Shown here: positions 13,501-25,966 of the stretch, piece by piece
Position numbering within the stretch: the first letter of the stretch is position 1
Layout of the letters: every line of letters begins with the position of its first letter
Assembly (NCBI GenBank): GCA_038496445.1
Contig: JALMLS010000194.1
Span: 149,813-213,812 of the forward strand
Source: Trichosphaerium sp. ATCC 40318
Lineage: Eukaryota; Protista; Tubulinea
Reading direction: 5' to 3'
Length of the DNA: 64,000 nucleotides
Made by a program: the position numbers and the translations under genes
The notes under the pieces: model-generated
The model's database searches: none
The model's input: the letters and a program-made list of their open reading frames with translations, nothing else
What the model was told of the DNA's origin: nothing

Positions 13501-13903
13501 TGTACGGTTTCACCTTTCTTTCTTGTGGTTGACTCTCTAAAGGGCAACTGGAAAGCCACCTTGGTCAGATTTACCACCAATCACAGCATTGTTCAAAATC
13601 GGATCATCAATGGCTCTCCCACCATTCCCATCTTCTCTTGGTCACAAGGGGCAAGCATTCGTGCGCCTCTGCTTCCAAAGGGACGTGAACAAGCGCGCAA
13701 CAGCATCTGAGTTGTTAGCGCACTCCTTTGTGGTGAACAACAACGGGCATGAGGACTCTGCAACACCAACGCCAAAGCGATCTAAATCCAGCTCTAAGAC
13801 GAAAAGGAGGAAAGTAAAATCAATAGAAACGTCAAAGGATGACACCATTGATGCCGCCAGAGTACTAGGATTCTTGGAACGCCCTGACAATTCGCACTCG
13901 TAG
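10584..13903 (+). CDS. STE11/MEKK-type MAP3K with N-terminal Kelch repeats and PB1 domain
   Basis: Kelch repeats (YGHSAVV..IFGG, RYGHVSVLYKGSFYVFGG); PB1 (IKIKCCY...IQYRDIDNDLITVRSQADLNEAL); kinase (WSRGKLVGEGGFAKVY, LAVKQV, HRDIKGAN, DFG, GTPYFMAPE, ATGKPPW). Confidence 0.9.
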
Positions 13904-14086
13904 CCAAAATCTGTGCATTGTACAGCACACAGATGTTCAGTTGTGGCATTTTTTTTCCTCAACAACAAAAAGCTTTATTTATTTTAAAAGGGCGCCCAAG
14001 ATACAAGTTGACTTGAACAAAAATTTCCTTGTTAATTATTAATTTGGTTGTATTAATTGCGCTCTTTGTCTGTAAAACGTAACCAT

Positions 14087-16086
14087 ATGGCGCAAAAGAA
14101 AGCCTGCACGCACGACGTCATATTGGGTGGAAGCCTATGTGCTCTGTGTGGCTCTAAAGTTTCTCAAGTTGAAGTGTCGTCAATGGTGAGGGCGAGTAAA
14201 CCCGGTGTATCATTTACAACGCAGGTACGCGTAAAAAACTGTGACATTGCAATGAAAATGCAGCACAACCTACAATTCATAGTGACACAGCGTCTTGAAG
14301 CGTCACAGATTACATTTTTCCTGCTAGAAACGAAAAGTAATCAAATATTCTAGAAAACAAGGCAGCTGTCTGTAGAAAGGCGTCAGAGATTATTAAAAGA
14401 AAACAAGCTGTCATTAATTCTGGACCTGGATTTGACGCTTCTACACGCCACCAATCAGTACCCACGCAATCTGGACCCTCAAAAAGAGGCTAACCTGCAC
14501 ATTTTTAAACTTCCAGACGATCCACTACTGTTCTACGTCAAATTGCGGTAAAAATACAACCAAGGCACCAATAACTTGCTCTAACACGCCTATGCAGGCC
14601 GGGGTTGTTCCATTTTTTCAGCCGTTTATCAAAGTTATATGAATTTCACATTTACACAGCCGGTAACCACGAGTACGGTAGCAAGGTAGCACAAATAATA
14701 GCGGAGGCAGTCGTACGTGTTATTTTATTCCACTCGTAATCAAAAAAACAACAATCCGTGTACCGTGGACACCCCAGTACTGAATCCCTTTTGTATCGTT
14801 TAGCGCATGAAGACAAACAACAATGACAAGCTATTCTGCAGCCTCCTGACACGAGATAATACACAAGGTAAGCACACTGCAACAAACGAAATTCGTTATC
14901 ACGTGCTTTTTTTTTCTCGTGTGACAACAGCCTGTTTGTTCTATGAATCGCCTTTCTCATTTCATTACAGAACAACACACAAAGAGTATATCCAAGGTAT
15001 TCCCACATGATGATACCATGGTGTTGGCGATTGATGATCGTGAGGAAGTGTGGCCGAATTGCGGTAACATTATCCCGATTAAACCATGTACGTCTATTAG
15101 ACACAACTCAATCTTGGTGCCACTTCAAACAGTCATGTATTTACTTCGGTGGTAGATAAATTTTTTGAGGATCAGGGCGTGAATGTATTGTTCAACGATG
15201 ATCATAACCAACAGGCACGCACTTGACAGAAGGACACTTGAACAATAACCCTGTGGTATTAGCTAATGTAGTTTACAGGAATCAGAACCAGTGCCAGAGG
15301 TAGGCGTCAAATTTGCAGATCCAGTAGAGTGCGTACCATTAACCTGTTATTCGGGCATTTCTTTTTTTATGTTGTACATTGAATGGCTTACACTGTGGTA
15401 GCGAAATGCCAGACCCTGCACTCATGGGTATACTTGATATTCTAGAAAAAGCTCATCATCGATTTTATGCGGGTATAACAGCTCAGATTGTACCTGACGT
15501 GAAGGTTCTCTTGAAGAAAATTTTGAGCGAGATTTTGTACAATCACACCATACTTTTTTCACATATATTCCCACGTGATCAGGATATTATCAACAACCCG
15601 CCAGCGCTCATTCGCAAAGCTAGACAATTTGGTGCAACGATTGTTTTTGAATTTTCTCGAAAAGTCACTCATTTGGTGGCATCGCAGGGAGGTACAAAGA
15701 AAGTACAGCAAGCCATGAAAACACCTGGTATTTACATAGTAACACTACCTTGGCTCTGGGAAACATTTCACATGTATAGAAAACAGGATGAACACCATGG
15801 CCTCTTTAGACTTGATAGCATTCCTGCATGTCTTTCACCGCCTACTATTTTAAGCTATGCTGAGAGTATGGCATTAAAGGACAAAAAGCAAGCCGAAAAG
15901 GGCAATGGAAAGAGAAAAAAGAGACAGTGGGAACAACACTTACAAAACAGTACTTCTGGCACAATCAAAAAACCAAGAATAGAAGATGCCAACACACAGG
16001 ATGATATGAATGATGATGATGACGAGGATGATGAAGCTTTGGCAGCTGATTTATCGAAATTTGAAGAGGAGTTCAATTTTTTTTAA
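14087..16086 (+). CDS. FCP1: RNA polymerase II CTD phosphatase FCP1/CTDP1
   Basis: CTH...LCALCG N-terminus, LILDLDLTLLH (DxDxT), VKLRPG, IDDREEVW, BRCT domain (VTHLVA..GGTKKV, PWLW), acidic tail. Confidence 0.92.
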
Positions 16087-16215
16087 AATGTATTTAGTTT
16101 TTTTTGCAAACCAAAAAAAGAGGTTTTATCGCTTTTTATTTCAATTTGTACATTATAAAATGTTATTGAACACAAAGCCGTTATGCAAAAAAATAATTTT
16201 TGTTGGTCAGAAAAG

Positions 16216-18484
16216 TTAGTTAATATTAACCGAGTCAGTGCTGATTAGTTCGACTGCTGGTTCAGCTGAGTTTGAACGTGACATCGGTCTACTGCCGCCA
16301 TCTATAGAATACCTCGATATGAGTTGCCTATGACAGCAGGTTAATCACGCCTCGCAATTAACGGCGCTATTACTACGCCTACTTGAAGAGATGTGGTTTT
16401 TGGCCAGACATTCTGAGATAATCACTCTCGTCTTCAATAGGTTCCTGGATTAGTTCCTCAATCACATCTGTAAAAAAAAAAAGAATTAGTCACCCAAACA
16501 AATAAAAAACAACTGCTGCTGTCCTAGGTACTTGCCTTCCAGTGTGATAATGCCCAAAGGTGTCATACCATCTTTATCATCTAAAATGATGGCCATATGA
16601 CCTAGCAATCGACAGTTAGCAATCACATGGCAAACGGCAGTGTCATTGTAATAAATCAATACGGATAGTCAACGAACGTACTTTTACCGGTTTGGAAAAT
16701 GTTGAGCATGTTGTACAGAGGTAGAGACGCTGCTACTGTTGGCAATCGCCTAATATTAAGTTTTTCGACAGGTGTCTAAACGCTCCAATTAGTCAAAAAA
16801 CAACAGCTACACTATTTTTGTTTTTGGCACTTGATTGAGCTAACCCATCATTCCTATGGCATGCAACGCAAAAATAGAACAAGGAAAAAGAGAAAGAGAG
16901 AACTTGCCTCAGCCTCTGGATTGATGAGGATCAATGTCTTTACAAGTATCATGCCAACAATAAACTCCTTGGTTCCACGGTACACTGGGATACGACTGTG
17001 ACCTACATCGAGAATCTACAAAAGAATTTGAGTTACTTAGTTTGAAAGGCACATTTTTTGTTGTGGAATCCTTTTGCTCATTGGCATGCCACCCCAAACG
17101 TACCTCTTCAAGCTTCTTTTTAGTGATGGTGCCTGTAATATCGAGCATATAGCAGTCATCCAACTTGCAAATACAAGTCTTTACGCTCTTATTCTTCAAG
17201 TCCAAAGCGCCTCTGTAGAAGAAAAAAAATAAGTTTTTCAATCGCACTAGTTACACTGATTTGAGGTGTGACTCTTACCTGATAATGGTCACTTCATCAA
17301 TACTCAGACCGTCTCTGTTGTGGAATTCACCATCTTCTTCTTCTTCAGTCATTTCATCAAGTTGTTGATGCATGGTAATCAACTCTTTCAGTTCTACAAC
17401 AAAACGTAAATTACAAAAAAAAAAAATTAAAGTGGCATCAAACAAAAAGGGTTGTAGTGTGTATATTTTGATGAGAAATACGGAAGGGTTGGCGTACCTG
17501 CGCGTCTGAATTTTGTACCATGATTTTCACCAATGACCCAATCCAAAATCTTACTGATAGGCCAAGACACAGGGAATGAAACGAAAATCAATGCCCAAAC
17601 AATCTACGAAAAAGAAAAAACCGATAAATCAGCTCAAAAGAACAACGAACGCTACCACTAAAATGGAATTAAATACGTACAAAACGTGTGTATGCGCCAA
17701 TAGCCAATCCAAAGCGAGAGCACAATGCCTGAGGAATTACTCTAAACGAAGATAATCAGCACAATTTTTTGTTTTTGTGGCCGAAATGACAAATTTGTTG
17801 ATTATCCGGATGATTGTAGCCCGCTGGGTTCAAAAATAAATTAAAAAGGACGTTGTTACGCACTCTCCAAAGAGCAGGATGAATGTAACTGACAAGAAAA
17901 TGGCGGCCCAAGCTGACATGAGGTGCTCCAAGAAAATTGGCAAAGCTTCCATAGCTACAGCGTTCCAGAGGAGAAGAGTGACGAGAAGTAAATGGTGTCT
18001 TTTAACTAGAGGTAAAATCGCAGCAGCGTATCCTTTTTGTGCTGGAGTACCAGATTTCGACAGAATACGAAGTGTGGTAATGTCAAGTGCCAGTAGGCCC
18101 ATTGTAAGACCCGACATGAATCCTAGAAGTGACGTTGAGCGAAAGGCCAAACCTAAACGACGTACCAGCCATCAGTACGAGGAAAATACAAGCAGAGAGG
18201 TCCACCCAGAACTATTTGGGTTAAAATAACGTTATTCGTTGTTTCGTTCGTACCCTACTACTACCAACAGGGTCTCTCTGTAAATCAGCGCTTTCGTACT
18301 CAACCTCTTCTTTACCCAGCTCGCAGTGCAAAACAGACATATCATCTGATGCGATTACGCACGTAATGTTATCGCCTTTCTTGTGAGTTAATTGCGACTC
18401 CGATTCGAGCCCTTGTTGACAAGCAACTAGACTTGTACTAACTGCAACAAGCAGTAGTAGTACAGCTACACGCGTTGGAAACAT
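16216..18484 (-). CDS. CNNM/DUF21 CBS-domain metal transporter-like protein
   Basis: Signal peptide, GFMSGLTMGLLALD, HHLLLVTLLLWNAVAMEALPIFL, GALDL, GHMAI, GIITLEDVIEELIQEPIEDE. Confidence 0.92.
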
Positions 18485-18723
18485 CGTTAGGTATTTATGG
18501 TATCGCGATCTTTTAAATTCAACGGCCAGTTCCACGTCCGAAAAAAACTTGCGCACTTCGCGCTAAGACGCAAAGAAAAAGATTTTGTTCAAAGAGCGCA
18601 TAGCTGTGCTATAGTACAGCGTAGAAAACGCTGACACAAGAGAGTTTGAGTTCAGTGAAATAAACTTATTCCTTTTACTTTGTACAACTTATCAATTTTA
18701 CCGGAGCTAGAGATTCCATTTTT

Positions 18724-19739
18724 TTATATTTCGCCATTTCTTATCTGTTCAGTCTTTGTCACCTTGAAATCAGCGCCTCGCTCCTCATCTGTCTCAACAC
18801 CCAGGTCCAGTTTTATCTTCTTCCATTGTCTGCCGAGACCTTCTTCAAGGGCGTCACTGATGTCTCTGAACTACAACAGGAATGAATATTGTGACACGCC
18901 AAAACAAAACAAAGAGTTTTACCTTTCGTTTTCTGTTCTTCCAGTAACCACGCATTGTATTGTATGTCTTCTCGACTTTGGCCTTGTTCACTACGACACC
19001 ACCTCTGCTCGACTTTATAGCATCGATATTTGATGACATTGTATCGTTCTAAACGTTGTTAGACCTATACGAAAGCAATTCAATAAACTTATGCAACGCT
19101 ACAGGTAGCGCATAGTTCACGATCAACTACACGTGAAACGTTGTAAATGACGTACCTCTGCGGTGAGTGCTGCAATTTGCTCCTGTAACTCGTCATTGGT
19201 TGGCGCTCGCTCCAAGGCAGTTATTTCTACTTGTGCTTAGAAAACAAATGACATCAAAGATTGATAACATACGTGAGCGTAGCGAGGACGCTTGAGAGCG
19301 CAAATTTTCCTCTTTCTTCTTTGCTTGTTTGATGTCATTATCCAAAGCCTTCAACCCTTCCTGGATGCAGTTTAATTTATAATAATTGCATACCAATCAC
19401 GTACCTTATCTACAGTGGGGAATATGTCTTGTTTTATCCAGTACACTTTTTGTTTTTTATTCAATTTTTCAATAATCTTGCCATCATCGCGTAATGACTC
19501 CAGAGATAATTGTACTTGCTTCTGACCAATTCCAATCTCTTTTCCGTGCATATTTTGGAATAACATCTTGGCGTTATACGGTCTGTTGTTCTACAGTAAC
19601 GTGAGCGTAAATAACGCTAATTGGGGACGTACACGCTTCAAGTAGTCGTAAATGAGGTTGGAGGCTGTATAAAAGTTAGAACAAACAACCAGTACGCCCT
19701 ACCTTGCTCAGGAGATTTCTTCTTAACACGCTTTGCCAT
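18724..19739 (-). CDS. HOP2: Homologous-pairing protein HOP2 (PSMC3IP/TBPIP)
   Basis: IYDYLK..NRPYNA, GKIIEKLNKKQKVYWIKQD winged helix, coiled coil, WKNRKR, LGVETDEE. Confidence 0.88.
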
Positions 19740-19860
19740 CTGTTATTGCCGTTAAAATCAAATAATTGTTTGAAATTGTTTTCCATGAATTTTTGTGGTC
19801 ACCAGCAAAAAAATCAAACAAATTCTCACTAAAATTAAAATTAGCTTCGCTACATTAAAC

Positions 19861-21328
19861 ATGGCAACCAAAACCGAACAACTGACTATACCTGAAGACG
19901 ATAATGGCGTCTTCTGCAAACGTCACGTTAATTACTTTAAAAACCACTTGTATAAACTGCCAAAGTACTTTACAAGCCAGGATTCTAACCGTATGACAAT
20001 TGCGTATTTTGCAATTTCGGGGTTGGACATTCTATCCCGCACTGATATAGTGGAGAAGGAGGAAGCTATCGATTGGGTATACTCGCACCAAGTCCTACCA
20101 AACTCAAATTTAAAAGGTGCGTTACGCCTGCACAATCGCGTAGCATAACACTAGTAGCGCCAACAGCTGTTTTTAACCGTTTATAGGCGATGAAGCTACT
20201 AGAGCTTGTGGGTTCCGCGGTTCAGCGTTCTATGGATGCAAATACAATCCCTCTGGCGTACGTACCAAAAATACCGGCGACCAGCACCTGTTTTGATTGG
20301 TAACATGTTAGGCGAATCAAGAACCGACGTCAAAGTCCACTCAACACGACTACGCTCACGTAGCAATGACATACACTGCTCTATGCGTACTAGCTACCTT
20401 GGGAGACGATTTTAGCAGAGTGTCAAAGGCGGGTATCACAGGCGGGCTAAAGGCCATACAAAGGAAGGACGGCAGGTGCGTTGGTAACGTTATTTAGTAT
20501 TTTTAAAAAAATGGCGTGTCCTTTGCTCACTAGTGGTGTAGTTTTTGTCCTACAATTGGTGGAGGTGAAACAGACATGAGATTTGTTTACTGCGCCTGTG
20601 CTTCCTCCTTTATGATTGATGACTGGTCTGGTATTGATATTGATCTCACTGTCAATTATATTTTAAAGAGTATTACATACGAAGGAGGTGTTGGTCAAGG
20701 TCCTGGACAAGAGGCGCATGGTAATCACATCAAATTACAAATTTTTTGTATTTCTGTTTGTTGGCTTATTCTAATCACGCTGTGTTCTCTAGGTGGTTCT
20801 ACTTTCTGTGCTATCTCTTCTCTATGGCTCATGAATAAATTGGATGCATTGTCACCAGAGGTGAAGGAGTCCTTGATTCGGTGGTGTGTGATGAGGCAGC
20901 AAACTGGCTTTAATGGCAGACCTAACAAAGCTGTGGATACCTGCTACAGCTGGTGGATTGGATCTACGCTAAAAATCCTTGGTGCATACCACTTGGTCTT
21001 CCCTAGGACGACACGAAGTTACTCACTATCATGCCAAAAAATGTCAGGTAAGAAAGACAAGAGATATTGAACAAAAATCAGTTTTTAAACACTTTCTCCT
21101 TTACAGTAATGTTTTAGTAATACAAATTTGTTTTTAGGCGGATTTAGTAAGCATACTGATGCTCTCCCTGATATTCTTCATTCGTACTTTGGGTTGGTGG
21201 GACTGAGTTTCTTGGGCACTACAAAATCTTTACAGACCATATTCCCTCCACTTGGTATCAGCATAACGGCTGTTAAAGCGAGTCCTATTCCAAACGCGAG
21301 ATTGGACGCATTTTCAAACGTAGCATAA
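19861..21328 (+). CDS. PGGT1B: Geranylgeranyltransferase type I beta subunit
   Basis: DSNRMTIAYFAISGLDIL, HVAMTYTAL, ETDMRFVYCA, GQGPGQEAHGGSTFCA, GFNGRPNKAVDTCYSWW, PDILHSYFG. Confidence 0.93.
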
Positions 21329-21632
21329 TCCTTCAAAACGGTTTTTTACTTTTTTCGAAAGAAAGAGCCTTCTTGTCTCTAATTAAGCAACCTCAATTCC
21401 TCAACTCGCTTTATATTTGCAACAACTTGCGCTTTTTTGTATTTTACTAATTGTGGTAAACAGGCCATTACGCGTTTGTTCAAAGTAATATCATGTGTAA
21501 GCGTTAATGAGGCAAAAATTGCAGTTATACTAGGTGTATCTCCTGAAAATGTATAGACGACTACTATTCCACTTATAGGCATACACGTGTAATCTTTATT
21601 TACACACCGGAACTCTGATATTATAGCACACC

Positions 21633-23410
21633 ATGTGTGGAAGTTTGCTAAGCATTGACTTATCCGGAGATTCAGTCAGGGACGAGAAATTGTTTTTTCG
21701 AGCATTGCACAACAATTACCCAAACTTCACTGTGCGCGCTATAAAACCATGGACGTTGAGGTTACATGCAAGGTGAAAGAGTTTCTATTCAATAGGCTTC
21801 AGTGGTATAACATTACTCTCAGTTTTGCAGACAAACACACAGTACGCACTGTTTTGGGCCTGACGAACGTTTGTTTTAGTTTATTATTACGACATTATTC
21901 GTTTACAAATAAAATGGCCTATTAACCCTCTACAGCAAGAACCTGCTCTGACAAAGCAAATCGTGCGTTTTGCACCAGAAGTTACGTTTGTAGATGGTCG
22001 CAGACGAGACCCAGCCTCAGTGCTTACTGGAAAGGCTACAAACTCGTACTATCTTAATATTGCAGGGTCTTGCGCATCAACTGGAGAACGTACGTGTTTA
22101 TTCTCTATAACGCGCCAACAAATGAATCATCATTGCTTCCTACGCGTTAGACGCTTACCTTTAAAATGTCAGGCGTTGTAAAATGTGCGAAATGCTGTGT
22201 TCGCGACAAAGAACAGACGACAAAGAAGCGAAAGCGCAACCCGTCAGCTATATGGGCGGACTTGGACACTAAAAACAATGCTAAGCTTATACAAGTTCAA
22301 ACAACTGGAGAAGAGTACGGACAGAAGAAAAAAAAATTGGATCGAATTTGTCATTCAAAAAAAACAGTGCTAGACGTTTTAATTAGGATCATTATCCTCT
22401 TAAACCATTAACCCGACGTTTTTTCGTACAAAAAAGACTCAGGCCGTGATTTACACGCGTTTTAAAAGTGGATTTCTAGCCTTTTTTTTTTTTTGAGATT
22501 TTTTTTTCTAAGTTTTTACTCCTAGTACTATTGATGATAATGGGGAATTAAGTTTTAAGTTACGTGTTGGATGCTGTGTTGGTGTCGCAAAGCAACATCA
22601 CATCAATCAGATCGCAATGCCAGGAGAAGAACCACGTGCAAACAAGCGGTGTCAAGGTCTTATTCTCAAGTTTACAATCTCACGTGGAAGTCACGTGATG
22701 TCTTGTGAGCCTGGTGACATTATTCGTGTTCTCGGAAAGGTGACAACATCTGATCGAAAGAAGTACGCGTTGAGAATGAACCAGCCGTATGTGGACGCAA
22801 AGGGTAGACGTGGTGCACAACCAAAGGAGTGTCAACGCAGTGTCGGTGGTTTTATCTTGGGTACATTTATAAGCCAGTACGAGCAACGTATGGGCGATAC
22901 ACTGCCTGTAGTTGGCAACCCCAAGATGGCCAAACTAGGACCAGACATGATATTCGATGATCCTGCTGTTATCTTTGGACCAGGCTCTTCAGCGCAGCTT
23001 CAGGTACAGTTTTTTGACTATACATTGTCAACTTATTTTCTATGAAGCGTTACGTCCACCTTGCCATTGGTGCGCTTCTATGTACGTGTCACGAAATGGC
23101 GGGGAAGCTTTGGACTTGTGCTGAAACGTTACTAAACGTTCTGCTTGATGAAAAACTAGATGACAACCAGCTTGTATTGGTGATCGACTCTGTAACAAAG
23201 ATGGCCTTGTATCAGCTATATCTTCCTAGATTCAGTAATGTGGCAGATGACACACAAATAGCTTGTGATAAGTACATTGGAAAAGCTAAAGAACTGATGG
23301 ATCGTTTTCCTGAGCAATTAAAGACGTCAAAACAATATCAAATGCTCAAACAGAATTTAACTAAATTTTCCTTATCAGCACAAGGCCATCTACAGGTACC
23401 CAACTTGTAA
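21633..23410 (+). CDS. Uncharacterised protein, possible SPT23/MGA2- or CudA-like DNA-binding domain (ends uncertain)
   Basis: Spliceable exons with CAKCC..KKRKR basic segment, then FKLRVGCC..HH and LILKFTI...IIRVLGKV; C-terminal helical region. Confidence 0.5.
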
Positions 23411-23669
23411 AAAAAAAGAACACAAAAAAAAAAGATTGCCAAAAAAGAACAAAAATTGGGAAACTTAGAGATGTAGAGATAGCGTAAATAAAATGTACAT
23501 AACACAAACTCTCAGTATCTCGGTTTTTTTTGCGTTTGAAACAATTGCTTTTTTTGCGACATTTTTGAAATGAAAAGACTTTTTGGAGTTGCGGACAAAA
23601 TACATTTGTCTAGTTTTCGCTCTATTGCATGGGTTTATCTCCACGGAGGTGATTTACAGCGGTTTAGCC

Positions 23670-25785
23670 ATGGAACCAAAAGAAATAGAGCCTTTGCAGT
23701 CTTCTGACCGGGAAATTGCCCTAGAGGCAAAGGTCACTTCGCTAGAAGCAGAGGTAGCTGCTTTAACGGAAAAGCTGCGAGTTGCGAATAAAAAGCTCGC
23801 AGGTCAGGCTAACGAGCAGTCGGTATCGAATGCCGGCGAAGAGAGGTACTATTGCGCTATACAGCTAATTAACTCACGAGAAACTTAACGTTTTTACAAA
23901 AGTGTACCAACCGTTGCCCTGGAACAGACCAAAGGACCTGGCCCATTGGACACAGCAGCACCGGTGAAAAAAAGGAAATTGAAGCGAAGATCCAGGTAAT
24001 TTAATTTTTCCTGATTGAAAATCCGGTTAATTGCATTCCGTTGTAATTAATTAACTTGCCGGTATAGCAAAAAAAAGAATCGTCGTCTTCTAGCTAGCAC
24101 ACAAAGTGCTGACGAGGGTGTCCAGTATGATCCTGCTCTGACACTTCCCCTTGACTACCCATTCGAGAGTATAGTAAACTGGAGACACATTGGAGGATTT
24201 GTTGTTTCAGGAGGGTACGTCCTTGATTCAACGAACGCTATCGCCGCGTCAACAAAACGTCATACTTTTTTACGTACTACAACAAAGCGTCATAAGGCTA
24301 ATGCTATACGCTATATAGGGACAAGCCAATTTCTGTTCGACAGTGCAAGGTACGATGAGAGCCAACAAACTCGGAGTTTTTCGTGCTTTTTTTTTTGACC
24401 ACGTGATATAGATTTACAGATCTGCTACGCCAGCGACAGGTACAACAGAAGACATTGATTATCTTCTCAAAAAATTACATGTAAATACACTGGTACGTAC
24501 TGCACTATATTGGGAAAAACGAATCATGTTGCTTATTGACAACGTAGTTGGACCTTCGTGCTGACTCTGAGATGATTGAAAACGAAAAGGCATCTGCATT
24601 GAAGCAAAGCGACGAGGCTTGCGCTATGGTACTATCCTTTTTTCGACTTTGTGGTGAGCATTGTAATGACTCGACATGTAGATTGTTCGTCAGCCTATCT
24701 ATGGAAAACAGTTTATGATAAAGGGTGTACGTTGGATTTAATTGTTAATTAAATTGATTGCACATATAGGTATTGGGTGGTGCATCATTAGGTGCAAAAA
24801 TGTGAGTGAATAACTTGCAACAGGCCTGTCTTTGTTTCGAATTTTAAAAGCTGACACCAACCGTCTTTTCAGGTCTGCACTTGGATCGTTCCTTGCAGGT
24901 AACTACAGTGGCGCAAAACGTGCTATTGTATCACACATGAACGAGGATGGTTTAGCTGGATTGTATGTGCTATTCTTGGAGCACTGCAAATTACAACTGT
25001 TCAAGGCACGTGCTTAAATTGAAAAATTTAAAACTCTAAAAATAGTCTTTGTTACCTTTAAAATGTCGTTTTTGCTGACGGTTTCTCAGGCTCTCACTGT
25101 ATTTTTGGATCCAGCAGCGTACCCTATACATCTCTTTTGCAATGCGGGAAAAGACAGAACTGGACTTGTTGTTGCGCTAGTGCTTGTATCCATTGGCGTT
25201 GAGCAGAAAGACATTTGTCGCGATTACGCCCGTACTCAACAAGCCGACTTTTCAAAACACAAGGCATTTGAGAGGTACTTAGAAACACCGTCATCTACAC
25301 CTAATAACAATCATTCTAGCACCTTACAAAAGAATGGGTTAAAAGAGGAATTCATGGACGCTCCTTATGATGTACGCATCGGATTGGCGTTCTAGCTTTA
25401 ATGAGTGAGTGTGTAGGTTATGGAACGTACATTTCAATACTTGGACACAACGTATGGATCTCCTTTGATGTACTTGGATCGTATAGGATTCACTAGCGAT
25501 ATGAGGAATAGACTGTGCGATATTCTATTGGATGGTGTACCTAAGTATGAGCATGTCGAACCATTAGACACTAAAGATGCCTTACAAACAACGCCCGTAA
25601 ATCACGTCGTAAATTCAGGTTCGTCAATATAGACAATGTCATTATTTTGTGTTTGTGCTAAGACCCTTTGTTTAGTTGACCTGGATGACACTGAGAAACC
25701 TGCACTGAACAAAACCAAATCAGCTGTGTTACCTAACAAAAAAATCGATGCTAGTAGTAACAGCGAAAGTCTTGGTAAAGAGTGA
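23670..25785 (+). CDS. Tyrosine/lipid phosphatase (Y_phosphatase3 / IphP-like) with N-terminal coiled coil
   Basis: NWRHIGG, IYRSA, VDLR, P-loop FCNAGKDRTG, DY, YLDTTYGSPLMYLDRIGF. Confidence 0.85.
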
Positions 25786-25966
25786 GAAAAACAATTGTAC
25801 TGTATTATTATTCATTCATTTATTCTCATGCATCAAGAAAATAGAGGAAATTATTTCCAACAAAATAAAAAAATAAAAACCTCAATGCACGTGTCGTGTT
25901 GTTTTTTTTTAAATTACTTTATTGCATACAAAACAGTACAATAATGGATGGGGAGTTTTCTACGCA

